A model generated the notes under the pieces. The model saw only the letters and a program-made list of their open reading frames with translations. It was not told the origin of the DNA and did no database searches. Position numbers and translations under genes: made by a program. A stretch of 64,000 nt of DNA from Thermodesulfobacteriota bacterium (GTDB taxonomy: Bacteria; Desulfobacterota; DSM-4660; Desulfatiglandales; HGW-15). The stretch's first letter is position 1. Every line of letters begins with the position of its first letter. Below are positions 1-9,301 of the stretch, in pieces. The stretch spans positions 19,306 through 83,305 of the forward strand of contig JBHPCX010000003.1 of the NCBI GenBank assembly GCA_042573485.1, in the 5' to 3' direction.

Positions 1-965
1 GGCTTCGCGCCGGACATAACAGCGCAGATCGCCACTCTTTCAACGGTGACTTCCCGCCTGCCTCCGGGCCAGTCCAGCACCTTGATGACTTTGTCCGGGC
101 TGTGGGAAGTACCTTCCAGCATTTTTGCCACCCGTTCTTCGGTGGGGAGGACTATGGGAAGATAGTCTGTCCAGTCATTGTCCTGAAAAAGCTGATGCAG
201 GTTCTCTTCGGTGTCCGGTCCCAGAAAGCGGGATGCCGACGGCTGCGGCCCAGGGGCCGGGCCCTTGTATTTTTCCTTCTCTGTAAGTGGAGCGGTCAAA
301 GCCTCGATGAATGCCTGCATCATTGGTTTTCCGCTTACCACCTCTTTACCCTCAAAGATATATTTATGGTGGGTTGATTGAGACTGCCCCGCCACAGGGA
401 AGGGAAAGGCTAAATATCTAATGGGCGACCCGTTGGTATATTTGAAATCGTGATTCAGGGCATAATCTATGACATTGGATGCCGTACCCCCGACAGCGGG
501 AATACCATACTGCTGTTCCAGCTCTTTACTGTTTCGGCTCACGGCCGAAGTACAGCTGTCTCAACCGGCTATCCCGAACATGGCCGCGTCTCCCTTTTCG
601 GATATTTCCTTGAGAAGTTCCGGCTGCGGCTGCATGTAGAAGCCCTTGATTCCCCTGACCTCTATTTTAACACTCGGTATATTCTCGGCGAACCAGGCTT
701 TTATTTCCTTATAAATGCTGGGAGCCGCGTCCTTGCCTCCCCAGCCGATATCCACCAGGAATATGGTCTTTCCTTCCAGTGTATCAAGCCGCGGTGTGAG
801 TGGTATGCGATCGACCATTCTATTCGGTGGAGCAGGATTCAATACCCTCAGTTTTCTTTCTGAAGGAGCTTGTGTTATCTCCTGTTTCTTTTCCGGAGCC
901 TGCTCTGTCGAACATGCAGCAATGAAAAGAATACTTAAAAATACGGAACATATCTTTCTAGTCAA
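1..965 (-). CDS. Exported U-x-x-C selenoprotein, paralog A (UGSC-like N-terminal domain plus uncharacterised C-terminal domain); 3' end lies beyond window start
   Basis: The minus-strand frame is open from TTG at 965 (GGAGG upstream) to position 1, except for one TGA at 561-563. The N-terminus ...SILFIAAC is a lipobox. Motif FGIAG-U-DSCTSA. Long identical DNA runs are shared with paralog at 37190-38113. The ORF track reports only the 561..1070 half. Confidence 0.8.
529..555 (-). promoter_or_regulatory. SECIS-like hairpin downstream of TGA 561-563
   Basis: mRNA reads UGA-N11-UUCGGC[CGUGA]GCCGAA, extended by CUGU/ACAG across a 2-nt bulge. The loop begins 17 nt after UGA and contains GU. Confidence 0.6.
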
Positions 966-1050
966 ATTGCACCTCCATTTTATGGGTTGGTAGTTCGTTG
1001 ATAAGAACTGAGTATATGGAGAGAGGCTTTTTGTGTCAAGGCTATACAGT

Positions 1051-1130
1051 GAGCAATTAACAATGAACAATTAGCAATAAAAAATTACTTATCGTCTCTA
1101 GTTTATTGTTTATTGGCAATTGCTAATTGT
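1051..1130. repeat. CAAT-period tract arranged as an inverted repeat
   Basis: gagcaattaacaatgaacaattagcaat ... attgtttattggcaattgctaattg; the two arms are approximate reverse complements. Confidence 0.7.
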
Positions 1131-1358
1131 TTTTCGATCCCCTACCTGCAACTCGCCACAAACGCATCAAAGATTTTTTTCACCCTGTTAAATAAGATTT
1201 GAGCTTTTTTTCTTATCTGTGCTTTGCTATATTAATCTCTTATTTTGTTCAAATCTTACCTGAAGGTATTTAACAGGGTAAATTGATAATTGATAATTGA
1301 ATTTGTTTTTGCCAGGATTAAATATCAATAAATACCGAATAACAGCAAGGATAATAAT

Positions 1359-2261
1359 ATGACTTTAAAAACAGATACATATGAAAGGATTGTTGAAGAC
1401 CTTTATGATGGTCTTTATTTTGTAAATAAAGACCGGGTTATTACATTCTGGAACAAGGCGGCGGAAAAAATAACCGGGTTTAGCGCTGAAGAGGTTATCG
1501 GGAAATCATGCGCGGATGATATCCTTACCCATATTGATGGGGAAGGAAATAAGCTCTGTACCGGAAAGTGCCCTGTTGCCGAAACTGTTACTGATGGGAA
1601 GCCCCGGGAAGCTCAAGTATACCTCCACCACAAGGAAGGACACAGGGTCCCTGTTTCGGTCCGTATTAATGCGCTTAGAGACGGGAGCGGCAATATAATT
1701 GGCGGCATAGAGTTGTTTACTGATATCTCGAACCAGACAGCTAATGAATTGAGAGTGAAAGAACTGGAAAAGCTGGCTCTTCTGGACAACCTTACCCAGT
1801 TAGCAAACAGAAACTATATTGAGAGAGAATTTGAAAGCAGGCTCGAAGAAAAAAGAAGGTATAATGTTCCCTTTGGCATACTGTTTATGGATATTGATCA
1901 TTTTAAAAAATTCAATGACACATATGGCCATGATGTTGGTGATGATGTTCTTAAATTTGTGGCAAAAACTCTCATTGACACCTCCAGGCCTTTTGATCTC
2001 TATGGAAGATGGGGAGGAGAAGAGTTTATCGGGGTTCTTCGAAACATAAAGGAAGAGGGCCTCAAGACTGTTGGTAACAGGGTAAGGATGCTCATAGAAA
2101 ATTCATACATGAATTATAAAGATAAAAAGTTAAATGTAACAATTTCTATTGGTGCTACCATCGTTAATGACGGCGATACCATGGAGAGCCTTATAAAAAG
2201 AGCAGACAGACTAATGTACAAAAGTAAGGCCGGAGGCAGGAATTGTTTGACGGTGGGGTGA
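1359..2261 (+). CDS. PAS-domain diguanylate cyclase (GGDEF)
   Basis: 300-aa ORF with an N-terminal PAS-like region (ITFWNKAAEKITGF). The C-terminal part has the GGDEF domain with RWGGEEF and the DIDHFKKFNDTYGH motif. Confidence 0.9.
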   Translation: MTLKTDTYERIVEDLYDGLYFVNKDRVITFWNKAAEKITGFSAEEVIGKSCADDILTHIDGEGNKLCTGKCPVAETVTDGKPREAQVYLHHKEGHRVPVSVRINALRDGSGNIIGGIELFTDISNQTANELRVKELEKLALLDNLTQLANRNYIEREFESRLEEKRRYNVPFGILFMDIDHFKKFNDTYGHDVGDDVLKFVAKTLIDTSRPFDLYGRWGGEEFIGVLRNIKEEGLKTVGNRVRMLIENSYMNYKDKKLNVTISIGATIVNDGDTMESLIKRADRLMYKSKAGGRNCLTVG

Positions 2262-2266
2262 ACCTG

Positions 2267-2336
2267 ATAGTCTTCAGCCTTCCATGGTTCGCCGAAGCCT
2301 TTGGCGAAGGCGGCAGGCTAATAAGCTATAATAAAC
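2267..2336. repeat. AGGCT-palindrome family, partial copy 1
   Basis: atagtcttcagcct ... ggcaggctaataagctataat, with an internal ttcgcc/ggcgaa hairpin. Confidence 0.5.
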
Positions 2337-2485
2337 CAGAGACGAGAGACTATTTATGCGCCGGTATTTATCTGCCTGAGTTTTGTGGCAGATTGTGGCG
2401 TAGAAACTAGCATTTAAACCCATAACCTTGCTATATGATTTTGAATTAAAAATCTTAAATTTCTTAAGGGGTTAATAGGAAAACA

Positions 2486-3109
2486 ATGCCACACCATGAA
2501 CGCAGAGCTGGAAACCGGGCAGCAGCCTTTCGTGAGGCGGCGCGGGTCATAACGGCGTGGATCGCGGGCCGGAAAATAATATATATTGAATACCCGGTTT
2601 ACGAAGAAAATCAACAGGCGAATAGCAGGTGGATAACTCAAATGCCGAAACGGTTATCTGATATTCAGCTAGTGCTTCGCGGTATGCGGGATGCTGATGA
2701 CATTGGTGTTACGCAGAAAGACCTGGAAAACTATCAGCATGAACTGAAGGCCTTTGGAGAAGCGCAGATTGAAGATGATATTCTAATTGCCCTTGCAGGA
2801 TCAGCGGCCTATGGCCGGGTCGATAAAGCGGCAGAGGAAACTGACTGTGTTGATGACAGGGATGAAGCACAGCGGTTAATACACAGCCTTAAGGAAGAAA
2901 ATCGTTTGCCGGAGGAGGAATACCATGCCCGTGCGCTGGATTTTGTTGATACATTCGAAAAGTGGATTCAGCACCTGGCGGAAATACTCATTGAACAGCG
3001 CCAGGTTGAAATAAAAGAGTTCAACGAGTTTATCCAGGCACACCCGGAGCTGGAAGAGCTGAAGAAGGTTTGGAAGTGTGGTCGGTTAGAAGGACGTAGA
3101 GAGGATTAA
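2486..3109 (+). CDS. Hypothetical protein (start uncertain)
   Basis: 207-aa ORF, acidic and helical, with no confident family assignment. An alternative start is at the MPKRLSD methionine. Confidence 0.4.
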   Translation: MPHHERRAGNRAAAFREAARVITAWIAGRKIIYIEYPVYEENQQANSRWITQMPKRLSDIQLVLRGMRDADDIGVTQKDLENYQHELKAFGEAQIEDDILIALAGSAAYGRVDKAAEETDCVDDRDEAQRLIHSLKEENRLPEEEYHARALDFVDTFEKWIQHLAEILIEQRQVEIKEFNEFIQAHPELEELKKVWKCGRLEGRRED

Positions 3110-3120
3110 AGATAATACCT

Positions 3121-3272
3121 CTGGTTGATTTCAGGTTCCAGATTCCAGGTTAGAAAAACTTTTAGGTATTATAAATTGAATGAGTCGGCTTTTTTAGAAC
3201 TTGGAATTTGAAACCTGAAACTTGGAATTCCGCCGTAGGCGGGAATCTTGAATTTTGAATGTTGAATACTAA
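3121..3272. repeat. Short-period tracts (TTCCAG / TTGGAAT / TTGAAT flavours), partly self-complementary
   Basis: ttcaggttccagattccaggtt ... ttggaatttgaaacctgaaacttggaattc ... aatcttgaattttgaatgttgaat. Confidence 0.65.
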
Positions 3273-3292
3273 GGGAAAGGGAGGGTGCTTTT

Positions 3293-4138
3293 ATGAAGAA
3301 AATATCACGCCGTGAAGCCTTAAAACTGGGAGCTGGATCTTTAGCCATTGCTGCCGCAGCAGGGACCGCGACATTAACGGACAGTCATGCGGAAGAACGT
3401 ACAACGCCGTTGATGGAGTTTAACCGGTACGGAGAGGAGCTCGAGAAACGCCTTATGCTCCGGACATCTCCGTTAGCCGTCAAGATGCTGGAAAAGGAGT
3501 CCGATATTCCGGAAGGAGCGGTCAGGCCCCTTAAGGATAACGGGTATCATCTTGCCCAGTGCCAGGCCTTTGCCATGTCCCGCCGGGAAGGAACCACCGT
3601 AGCCATGCTGAAGGAAGACCACTGGTGCCCTGCCGCGCCCCTTGCCTATGGCAACGTGCAAAATTCTGACGATACGCCCCAGGTGGGCGGGTCCTACGAC
3701 CGCTTTCCCTATGGGAAATATGCCGGTATTGTCACGGCCCCCTTGAAAAGCGCGAATTTTCTGCCTGACGTGGTTATCGTATGGTCAAACAACGCCCAGT
3801 TGAGGGCGCTGATTCTGTCCATGGACAGATCGGAAAGCTCCGGGATAAACACCCGTTTACTTCCTCCTTCCTGCGCATATGCAGTAGTCAGCCCTATGAA
3901 AGACGGCAATTACTGGATGGTGCTGCCGGATCCCGGGGAATATGAAAGGGGACTGGGTACGGAAGACGAGATGATGTTCTCTGTTCCGGTGGCTAAAATG
4001 AAAACACTGATCGACGGATTGATAAAAAACGAGAACGGATACTTTGCATACCGTAATCATCATCCGTTCATGAGGCCGGACTTTCCAAGGCCCGATTTCT
4101 ACAAAGAGATGTTCAAATCCTGGGGGATTGAGCAATGA
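3293..4138 (+). CDS. DUF169-like protein with twin-arginine signal peptide
   Basis: The N-terminus MKKISRREALKLGAGSLAIAAAAG is Tat-like. The central region (HLAQCQAF...EDHWCPAAPLAYG) resembles the DUF169/COG2043 family, from memory. Confidence 0.65.
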   Translation: MKKISRREALKLGAGSLAIAAAAGTATLTDSHAEERTTPLMEFNRYGEELEKRLMLRTSPLAVKMLEKESDIPEGAVRPLKDNGYHLAQCQAFAMSRREGTTVAMLKEDHWCPAAPLAYGNVQNSDDTPQVGGSYDRFPYGKYAGIVTAPLKSANFLPDVVIVWSNNAQLRALILSMDRSESSGINTRLLPPSCAYAVVSPMKDGNYWMVLPDPGEYERGLGTEDEMMFSVPVAKMKTLIDGLIKNENGYFAYRNHHPFMRPDFPRPDFYKEMFKSWGIEQ

Positions 4139-4176
4139 TCAATGATCAATTAACAATTAGAGAAAAGGGGGCTGGT

Positions 4177-5238
4177 ATGAAATTACATCGATTGGGAATG
4201 GTTTTTTCGTTAGCCGTTTTGCTTGTCATGTTGGGGACGATGGGTTGCACAACAACGGGCGACAAAACGATGGGTGACAAAAAGACGGGTAATAAAACAA
4301 CTGCACAAAAGTGCGACCGGCAATGCCTGGCTGATCTTATGAAGCAATATGTCGAGGCACTGGGAAAAAATAATCCAGGAGATCTGCCCTTTGCCGATAA
4401 GGTCAAATTTACCGAGAATTCCGCTGATGGAGTGGATTTTCTGAAAATTGGGAAAGGACTCTGGGAAAGCGCGACCGGAGGCCCGACAGAATTTCAGATT
4501 TATGCTGCTGATCCCGTGGCCCAGGCAGCTGCCTGCCTCGTGGTTATGAATGAGAATGATAAGGATATCCTGCTTGGAGCGCGCATCAAGCTTGAAAAGG
4601 GCAGGATCACCGAAGCCGAGCACCTGGTGATTAGGGGAGGGGCAATGAGCAAGCAGCCTTACAGCGAAATGCCTACGCTGCAAAAGGCAAGGCCCGGTTT
4701 CGCGGAAGATATACCAGAGGCAGAGCAGATGACACGGGAGGATTTGATTCGAATCGGACTCGCCTATTACGACGCACTCACATCGGAAGACGGCACGCGT
4801 GCGCCATTTGCCAAGGAATGTGAACGCCGCGAGAACGGCATGACAACTGCCGGAGGCGCTCCCCCAAAGGCAGCCCCCGGGGCTCCCATGCCCACTGGAG
4901 GATTTGGAGGCGTTCCCAGGGACTGCGCGGGACAGCTCAGCGCCGGTGTTTTCTCCTATATCACTGAAATCAAACCTCGTATGGTGGTCGCCGACGTGCA
5001 GAAAGGAATATCCGCCGGTTTTTCAATGTTCCGGCATGACGGCACCAAACGGCTGCCCGCAGACGCGGCGCCGGGAACTGACAACAAAACGCAATGGGGG
5101 CAATTTAACATGGCCGCGCTGCATATCTACAAAATTAGAAATGGCAGACTCTATGAAATAGAAGCCCCCGGGGCAATGTTGCCATATGGCATCAAATCCG
5201 GCTGGGAAACGGAAGAAAAGGTTTTCCCGAAACCATGA
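4177..5238 (+). CDS. Hypothetical lipoprotein
   Basis: ATG at 4177 is preceded by AAGGGGG. The N-terminus MKLHRLGMVFSLAVLLVMLGTMGC carries a lipobox. No recognised domain. Confidence 0.6.
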   Translation: MKLHRLGMVFSLAVLLVMLGTMGCTTTGDKTMGDKKTGNKTTAQKCDRQCLADLMKQYVEALGKNNPGDLPFADKVKFTENSADGVDFLKIGKGLWESATGGPTEFQIYAADPVAQAAACLVVMNENDKDILLGARIKLEKGRITEAEHLVIRGGAMSKQPYSEMPTLQKARPGFAEDIPEAEQMTREDLIRIGLAYYDALTSEDGTRAPFAKECERRENGMTTAGGAPPKAAPGAPMPTGGFGGVPRDCAGQLSAGVFSYITEIKPRMVVADVQKGISAGFSMFRHDGTKRLPADAAPGTDNKTQWGQFNMAALHIYKIRNGRLYEIEAPGAMLPYGIKSGWETEEKVFPKP

Positions 5239-5321
5239 GCTGTTAGTAGCGGGTGGTTAGTAGCGGGTGGTTTTTAGTTAGTCCTGTGTTGTGAATTGCT
5301 GTTTGTTGGTTGATCATAACG

Positions 5322-5435
5322 CGTGGTCAGGTTGAAATGACATAATCCCTGTACCAATAAAACCAGAGGGATCAAGCCTTGAATCTTGAATTACATATGT
5401 TCATGCTGTTTATCAAGATTCAAGACCTGACCACG
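5322..5435. repeat. Nested inverted repeat between convergent genes (possible bidirectional terminator or repeat element)
   Basis: Outer arms cgtggtcaggt (5322-5332) / acctgaccacg (5425-5435). Inner arms cttgaatcttga (5378-5389) / tcaagattcaag (5413-5424). Both pairs are perfect complements. Confidence 0.5.
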
Positions 5436-5525
5436 TTGTCCTGAATTTACCCTGGCAGGGATGTTACAGGATGTCCCCCATACTATATTCAACAGGTATG
5501 AGGGACAGGGTGTGATATGGTTATC

Positions 5526-5963
5526 CTATTTTGCCCTTTTTGCGATGATTTCTGCCGATGCGCCAGGACCGCCACCAGGGCCACCGCCCATGCCGCCGCC
5601 AGGACCGCCCATGCCGCCTCCTTCGGTACCACGCGTGAATTTGATTTCATCTCCGGCAATGGTTCCTTTCCAGACGACCTTCATATCACTCTGACCGAAG
5701 TTGCGTTTAAGGGAAAAAGATACTTTATCTCCATCGATCATTCCTTCTTCTATAGCAACCTCCCCCGGCATCAATGTGTTGTTCAGGGTCCCGGTTAATT
5801 TCTTCCCCTCCGCTTTAAAGATCAGAGTAACTTCGGATTCCCCGCCCCCTTGCCCTCCCGGGGCTTTCGCTACCCATTTTCCGTTGATATCAGCAGCCCA
5901 TGCTGAAGTAACCAGAACCAAAAGTGAAATTATACCAATTGAAATAAATTTCCCCTTCATCAT
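5526..5963 (-). CDS. Small secreted protein with Gly-rich C-terminal tract
   Basis: Signal peptide MMKGKFISIGIISLLVLVTSAWA; C-terminal GGGMGGPGGGMGGGPGGGPGA. The plus-strand Pro-rich ORFs at this position are its antisense shadow. Confidence 0.6.
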   Translation of the reverse strand: MMKGKFISIGIISLLVLVTSAWAADINGKWVAKAPGGQGGGESEVTLIFKAEGKKLTGTLNNTLMPGEVAIEEGMIDGDKVSFSLKRNFGQSDMKVVWKGTIAGDEIKFTRGTEGGGMGGPGGGMGGGPGGGPGASAEIIAKRAK

Positions 5964-6086
5964 AAATTCTCCTTTCAGATTATTGTTTGTATTCTTTCTG
6001 CCAAAGACTTTTTTAATCCTGTAAAGTTTTTAAAGGCCCCGGTTTTCCCTATACCGCAGACCGTAAACCGCATATCTTTCTTTCCC

Positions 6087-8468
6087 CTACGCCTTTCCCA
6101 GGGCCTTGAGAACCTTGTCCGGGGTAGCCGGCGGATCAACCCACCTGCCGATAGCATTTTGTATGGCACATATAACAAGATGGGTGTTGGCCAGCGAATG
6201 GCTGATGCCGTTGGATCCGTAAGCAGCATTGCCTGCCTGTGTTTCCAGGAACTTCATGTCGACGTGGGGCATGTCCAGCATGGAAACCTTCTTGTAGTCG
6301 AACATGTTCGCGTTCAGTTTTACCCCGGTCTTTTTGTCATAGAAAAAATCTTCATATAACTGGCATCCGGCACTGAAATCCATCACCTGGTGAATCTGAC
6401 CTTCCAGTGAAGTCATCCGGATTACTTTGCCGGGGTCCGCAACCACTCCAAACCGGAGTATTTCCACTTCCCCGGTCTCTGTATCCACTGCCACCTCGCA
6501 CATGGCGATGTTCATGGTATCGAGATATCTACCCATGCCGGTGGCCCAGAGAGCCGTAGGGGGCCTGCCCGAGTAGGTTGCAAACAGATGAGCCTGTCCT
6601 ACAGCCCGGGCAAGCGGGACAGCCTTGCTCTCGTCTGATTTAACGTATACATTCCCGTCCTTCATGTCCAGGTCGTCGGGAGTATAGCCTTTCAGGGGAC
6701 TTGGAGGCGGTTCTTTGGCCGGGCCGAAACCGAATCCACTCACGGGCTGAGGATTGTTCGCGTTCTCGGCAGCGGTTTCCAGTATCCTCTTTTTCAGAAT
6801 GTTGGCACATTCCTTTGTAACCCAGGCAGAAGCTGTCGTACCGTCACTGCCGCCGCCCACCGGGGCAAAGGGCTCATTGTAGTCGAAATCAATAAAGACA
6901 TCTTCGTAATCAAGGCCCAGTTCTTCGGCGACTACCATGGCATTTCCTTCAACAGCAAAGATACCGGTGCAGCAGCCCTGGGTCCCCATACGCACTCTGC
7001 CGTTCCTGAGCTCCAGCTTGGAGTTGTAGCTCGAGAATGAATGCCTGGGACACATCTGGTAACGGAAGCCGGCACCATGCATTCTGCCGTCGGGGAGTTT
7101 TTTATCTCCGGTCGCGTGCCATTTCCAGCCCATCATTCTTCTGCCCTCTTCCACGCAGGCATCATAGCTGGGTACCGGGTCGGGGTCTGTATAGTCTGTA
7201 GGGCCGTGGAGGTTCAGTGTGGCAATATTGATCGGGTCCTTACCCAGTTTTTCCGCGATCAGGTGTATTGCCATAGTCAGAGAGTCCCAGTTGAAGGGAC
7301 AGTGCTGTCCGCTGGTGTACATTTTGCCCCTGTTGCTGTTCACGACTTCCATGGACTGCTTAATATTCAGGCACCTTGTCGTGAAATAGGGGCCGTAACC
7401 CTGGTCTCCGCTGGTGCCGAGAGTTGAAACAGGAGGAACCCCGGCATCGGCTATAGAGAAATCGTCAATTGCTGTGATAAGGCCGTTCTTTTTAAATCCG
7501 ACCTTCAGGCGGGAAAAACGCTGGTTCATGTTAAAGTCGTACATTTCCTTCCGGGCTAATGCCATCCGGACCGGCCTCCCGGTCCTTTTGGAGAGCAGTG
7601 GAGTGATCTGCTGTACTTTCCGGAATCCCCAGTCACAGTACTTGCCTCCCTGGAAATAGCCGTCCTGCCTCACCTTTTCTGGAGGAAGACCGTACATGGA
7701 GCCCACTGAATCCTTCCCCTGGCGGGCAGTCCAGACGGGTCCTTCTATGTGCAGGCTCTGCTGTTCAGGATTATGCCGCGGATCGTCATACCAGTAGGCG
7801 ACCGACGCGTAAGGGTTGGGAACATGACCGCTGAATGCAGGCATGTTGAAGTCGTATTCTACGATATGATCAGCCTCCCTGAAACCGGCCTCGATATCAC
7901 CACGGTTGTTGTTGGAAAAGGAAACATTGCCTTTGGGGGGGGGATTCTGGTCGCCGCCTCCACTGGATGAACGGAGAGACCGTCTTTCAGCAACAGGCCG
8001 GATGAGAGGAGCGTCCGGCTTTTTTCCTTCGAGGATGTCTACAATGTGCGGACCAACCTCCCACTTCGGATTGAGGGCCTTCAATGCTTCATCACAAAGC
8101 TCTTCAGACTCCGCAACGACGATAACCGCCACTTCGTCGTCTTCCATATCTGCCACCCTGTCCACATAGGATCCGCCGCCGCCCCTTCCTCCGCGGGATC
8201 CGAAACTCATAAGATCGTCATCCTCCCAGGTGAGAACATCGACAACACCCGGAATCTTTTTTGCAGCGGCAGCATCAACGCTCTTCACAGATGCGTTCGC
8301 GTGGGGGCTCCTGAGAAACCTGGCATGAAGCATGTTTGGAAAGACGTAGTCGGCGCCGAACTTCGCCATACCTGTCGCTATGGAATAGGATAGCTTACCG
8401 GGCAGGTTTGGCTTGCCGACAACTTTAAATTCTTTTCTTTGTCCATTAACTCCTGCTAGATCGGCCAT
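6087..8468 (-). CDS. Xanthine dehydrogenase/aldehyde oxidase family molybdopterin-binding large subunit
   Basis: 793-aa ORF with an N-terminus typical of the family (KVVGKPNLPGKLSYSIATGMAKFGADYVFPNMLHARFLRSPHANA). Length and overall pattern fit. No adjacent 2Fe-2S or FAD subunit genes. Confidence 0.85.
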   Translation of the reverse strand: MADLAGVNGQRKEFKVVGKPNLPGKLSYSIATGMAKFGADYVFPNMLHARFLRSPHANASVKSVDAAAAKKIPGVVDVLTWEDDDLMSFGSRGGRGGGGSYVDRVADMEDDEVAVIVVAESEELCDEALKALNPKWEVGPHIVDILEGKKPDAPLIRPVAERRSLRSSSGGGDQNPPPKGNVSFSNNNRGDIEAGFREADHIVEYDFNMPAFSGHVPNPYASVAYWYDDPRHNPEQQSLHIEGPVWTARQGKDSVGSMYGLPPEKVRQDGYFQGGKYCDWGFRKVQQITPLLSKRTGRPVRMALARKEMYDFNMNQRFSRLKVGFKKNGLITAIDDFSIADAGVPPVSTLGTSGDQGYGPYFTTRCLNIKQSMEVVNSNRGKMYTSGQHCPFNWDSLTMAIHLIAEKLGKDPINIATLNLHGPTDYTDPDPVPSYDACVEEGRRMMGWKWHATGDKKLPDGRMHGAGFRYQMCPRHSFSSYNSKLELRNGRVRMGTQGCCTGIFAVEGNAMVVAEELGLDYEDVFIDFDYNEPFAPVGGGSDGTTASAWVTKECANILKKRILETAAENANNPQPVSGFGFGPAKEPPPSPLKGYTPDDLDMKDGNVYVKSDESKAVPLARAVGQAHLFATYSGRPPTALWATGMGRYLDTMNIAMCEVAVDTETGEVEILRFGVVADPGKVIRMTSLEGQIHQVMDFSAGCQLYEDFFYDKKTGVKLNANMFDYKKVSMLDMPHVDMKFLETQAGNAAYGSNGISHSLANTHLVICAIQNAIGRWVDPPATPDKVLKALGKA

Positions 8469-8627
8469 GATGTGAGACTCCTTTCGTCACCTGGATTGAT
8501 TTTATTATGACTGTGAATGTCGCGGAACCTATCCGCAAAAGCGGATGCTGTCGGCGAGTGCTTGTTTTGTGGAAAAAAGTATATGGAGTTGTGTGTTGTA
8601 TGTCAATTTAAAATCAATCCATAAACG

Positions 8628-8704
8628 GTGAACAATTATCAGTGAACAATGAACAATTATCAATTGCTTATCGTCTCTAGTTTATCGTTTATAGTTTATT
8701 GTTA
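8628..8704. repeat. CAAT-period tract with inverted partner
   Basis: gtgaacaattatcagtgaacaatgaacaattatcaattg ... tttatcgtttatagtttattg. Confidence 0.65.
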
Positions 8705-8720
8705 AAAATTTTAAGAAAAA

Positions 8721-8750
8721 ATGGATTCCCCGGTCAAGCCGGGGAATGAC
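8721..8750. repeat. GGATTCCC hairpin family copy
   Basis: atggattccccggtcaagccggggaatgac; stem attccccgg/ccggggaat. Confidence 0.7.
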
Positions 8751-8990
8751 GTTAACTAGAGACTGGAAACTGTATTTGACCATAAACTAGAGACGAGGAA
8801 CTAGAAACACAAAAACCAGTAGGGTCATGCCCGTGGAGACGGGCATCCATTTGTTTTTATTAGAACAATCGAATAACGAATATCGAGTGACGAAGGACGG
8901 ACAAATAATAAATAACATCATCGCAAACATTCGTAATTTGTAATTCGCTACTCGTCATTCGTCACTTGTTATAATTTCAAAATATTTTAA

Positions 8991-9017
8991 ATGGATTCCC
9001 GCCTTCGCGGGAATGAC
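8991..9017. repeat. GGATTCCC hairpin family copy
   Basis: atggattcccgccttcgcgggaatgac, identical to the copy at 59845-59871. Confidence 0.75.
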
Positions 9018-9301
9018 AAATACAGGACCACGGTTCTCAAAATTGTTGAATAATGCGTCATAATTGCTTTTTGGAATTAATCTCATTTTATTTTTGGACA
9101 AGAGTGATTGAAAACAGTAATTAAATATTATATATCTTAGCGAGTTGCAATTCGGGGTTCCCCGAAAAGGGGATTTAATCAACTCAACCCTGTAAATGAT
9201 GCATGAAAGGGATTTTAGCATTCCAGACCCCCGGTTACTTCATCAGCTCCCTGCTGATGAAAGCCGTGACTTAAAAACGTCTATTCTAATGGAGAGTGAA
9301 A

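Noticed and set aside
102-863. Plus-strand ORFs 102..377, 450..863 and 715..993, and their look-alikes 36869..37612, 37634..38044 and 37899..38141, which appear conserved between two loci.
   Set aside because: They are antisense shadows of the duplicated minus-strand selenoprotein genes. Their apparent conservation is only a consequence of the DNA-level paralogy. They lack RBSs and have low-complexity, Arg/Ser-rich composition.
2486-3109. The N-terminus HERRAGNRAAAFREAARVITAWIAG and the later LIALAGSAAYGRV recall the FtsH/M41 peptidase region (..AYHEAGHA.. and ..LAGRAAE..) with the HEXXH motif destroyed.
   Set aside because: The resemblance rests on a few residues recalled from memory. Without a profile search it is not strong enough to call an inactive M41-like domain.
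5461-5798. Pro-rich plus-strand ORFs (PGPPPGPPPMPPPGPP).
   Set aside because: They are the antisense reading of the Gly-rich tract of the better-supported minus-strand secreted protein 5526..5963, which has a signal peptide and a sensible start.
8955-9221. 88-aa minus-strand ORF in the large spacer between the molybdoenzyme and the AprA-like gene.
   Set aside because: It runs through the GGATTCCC hairpin and AT-rich repeat tracts, has no RBS and has odd composition. It is probably non-coding.
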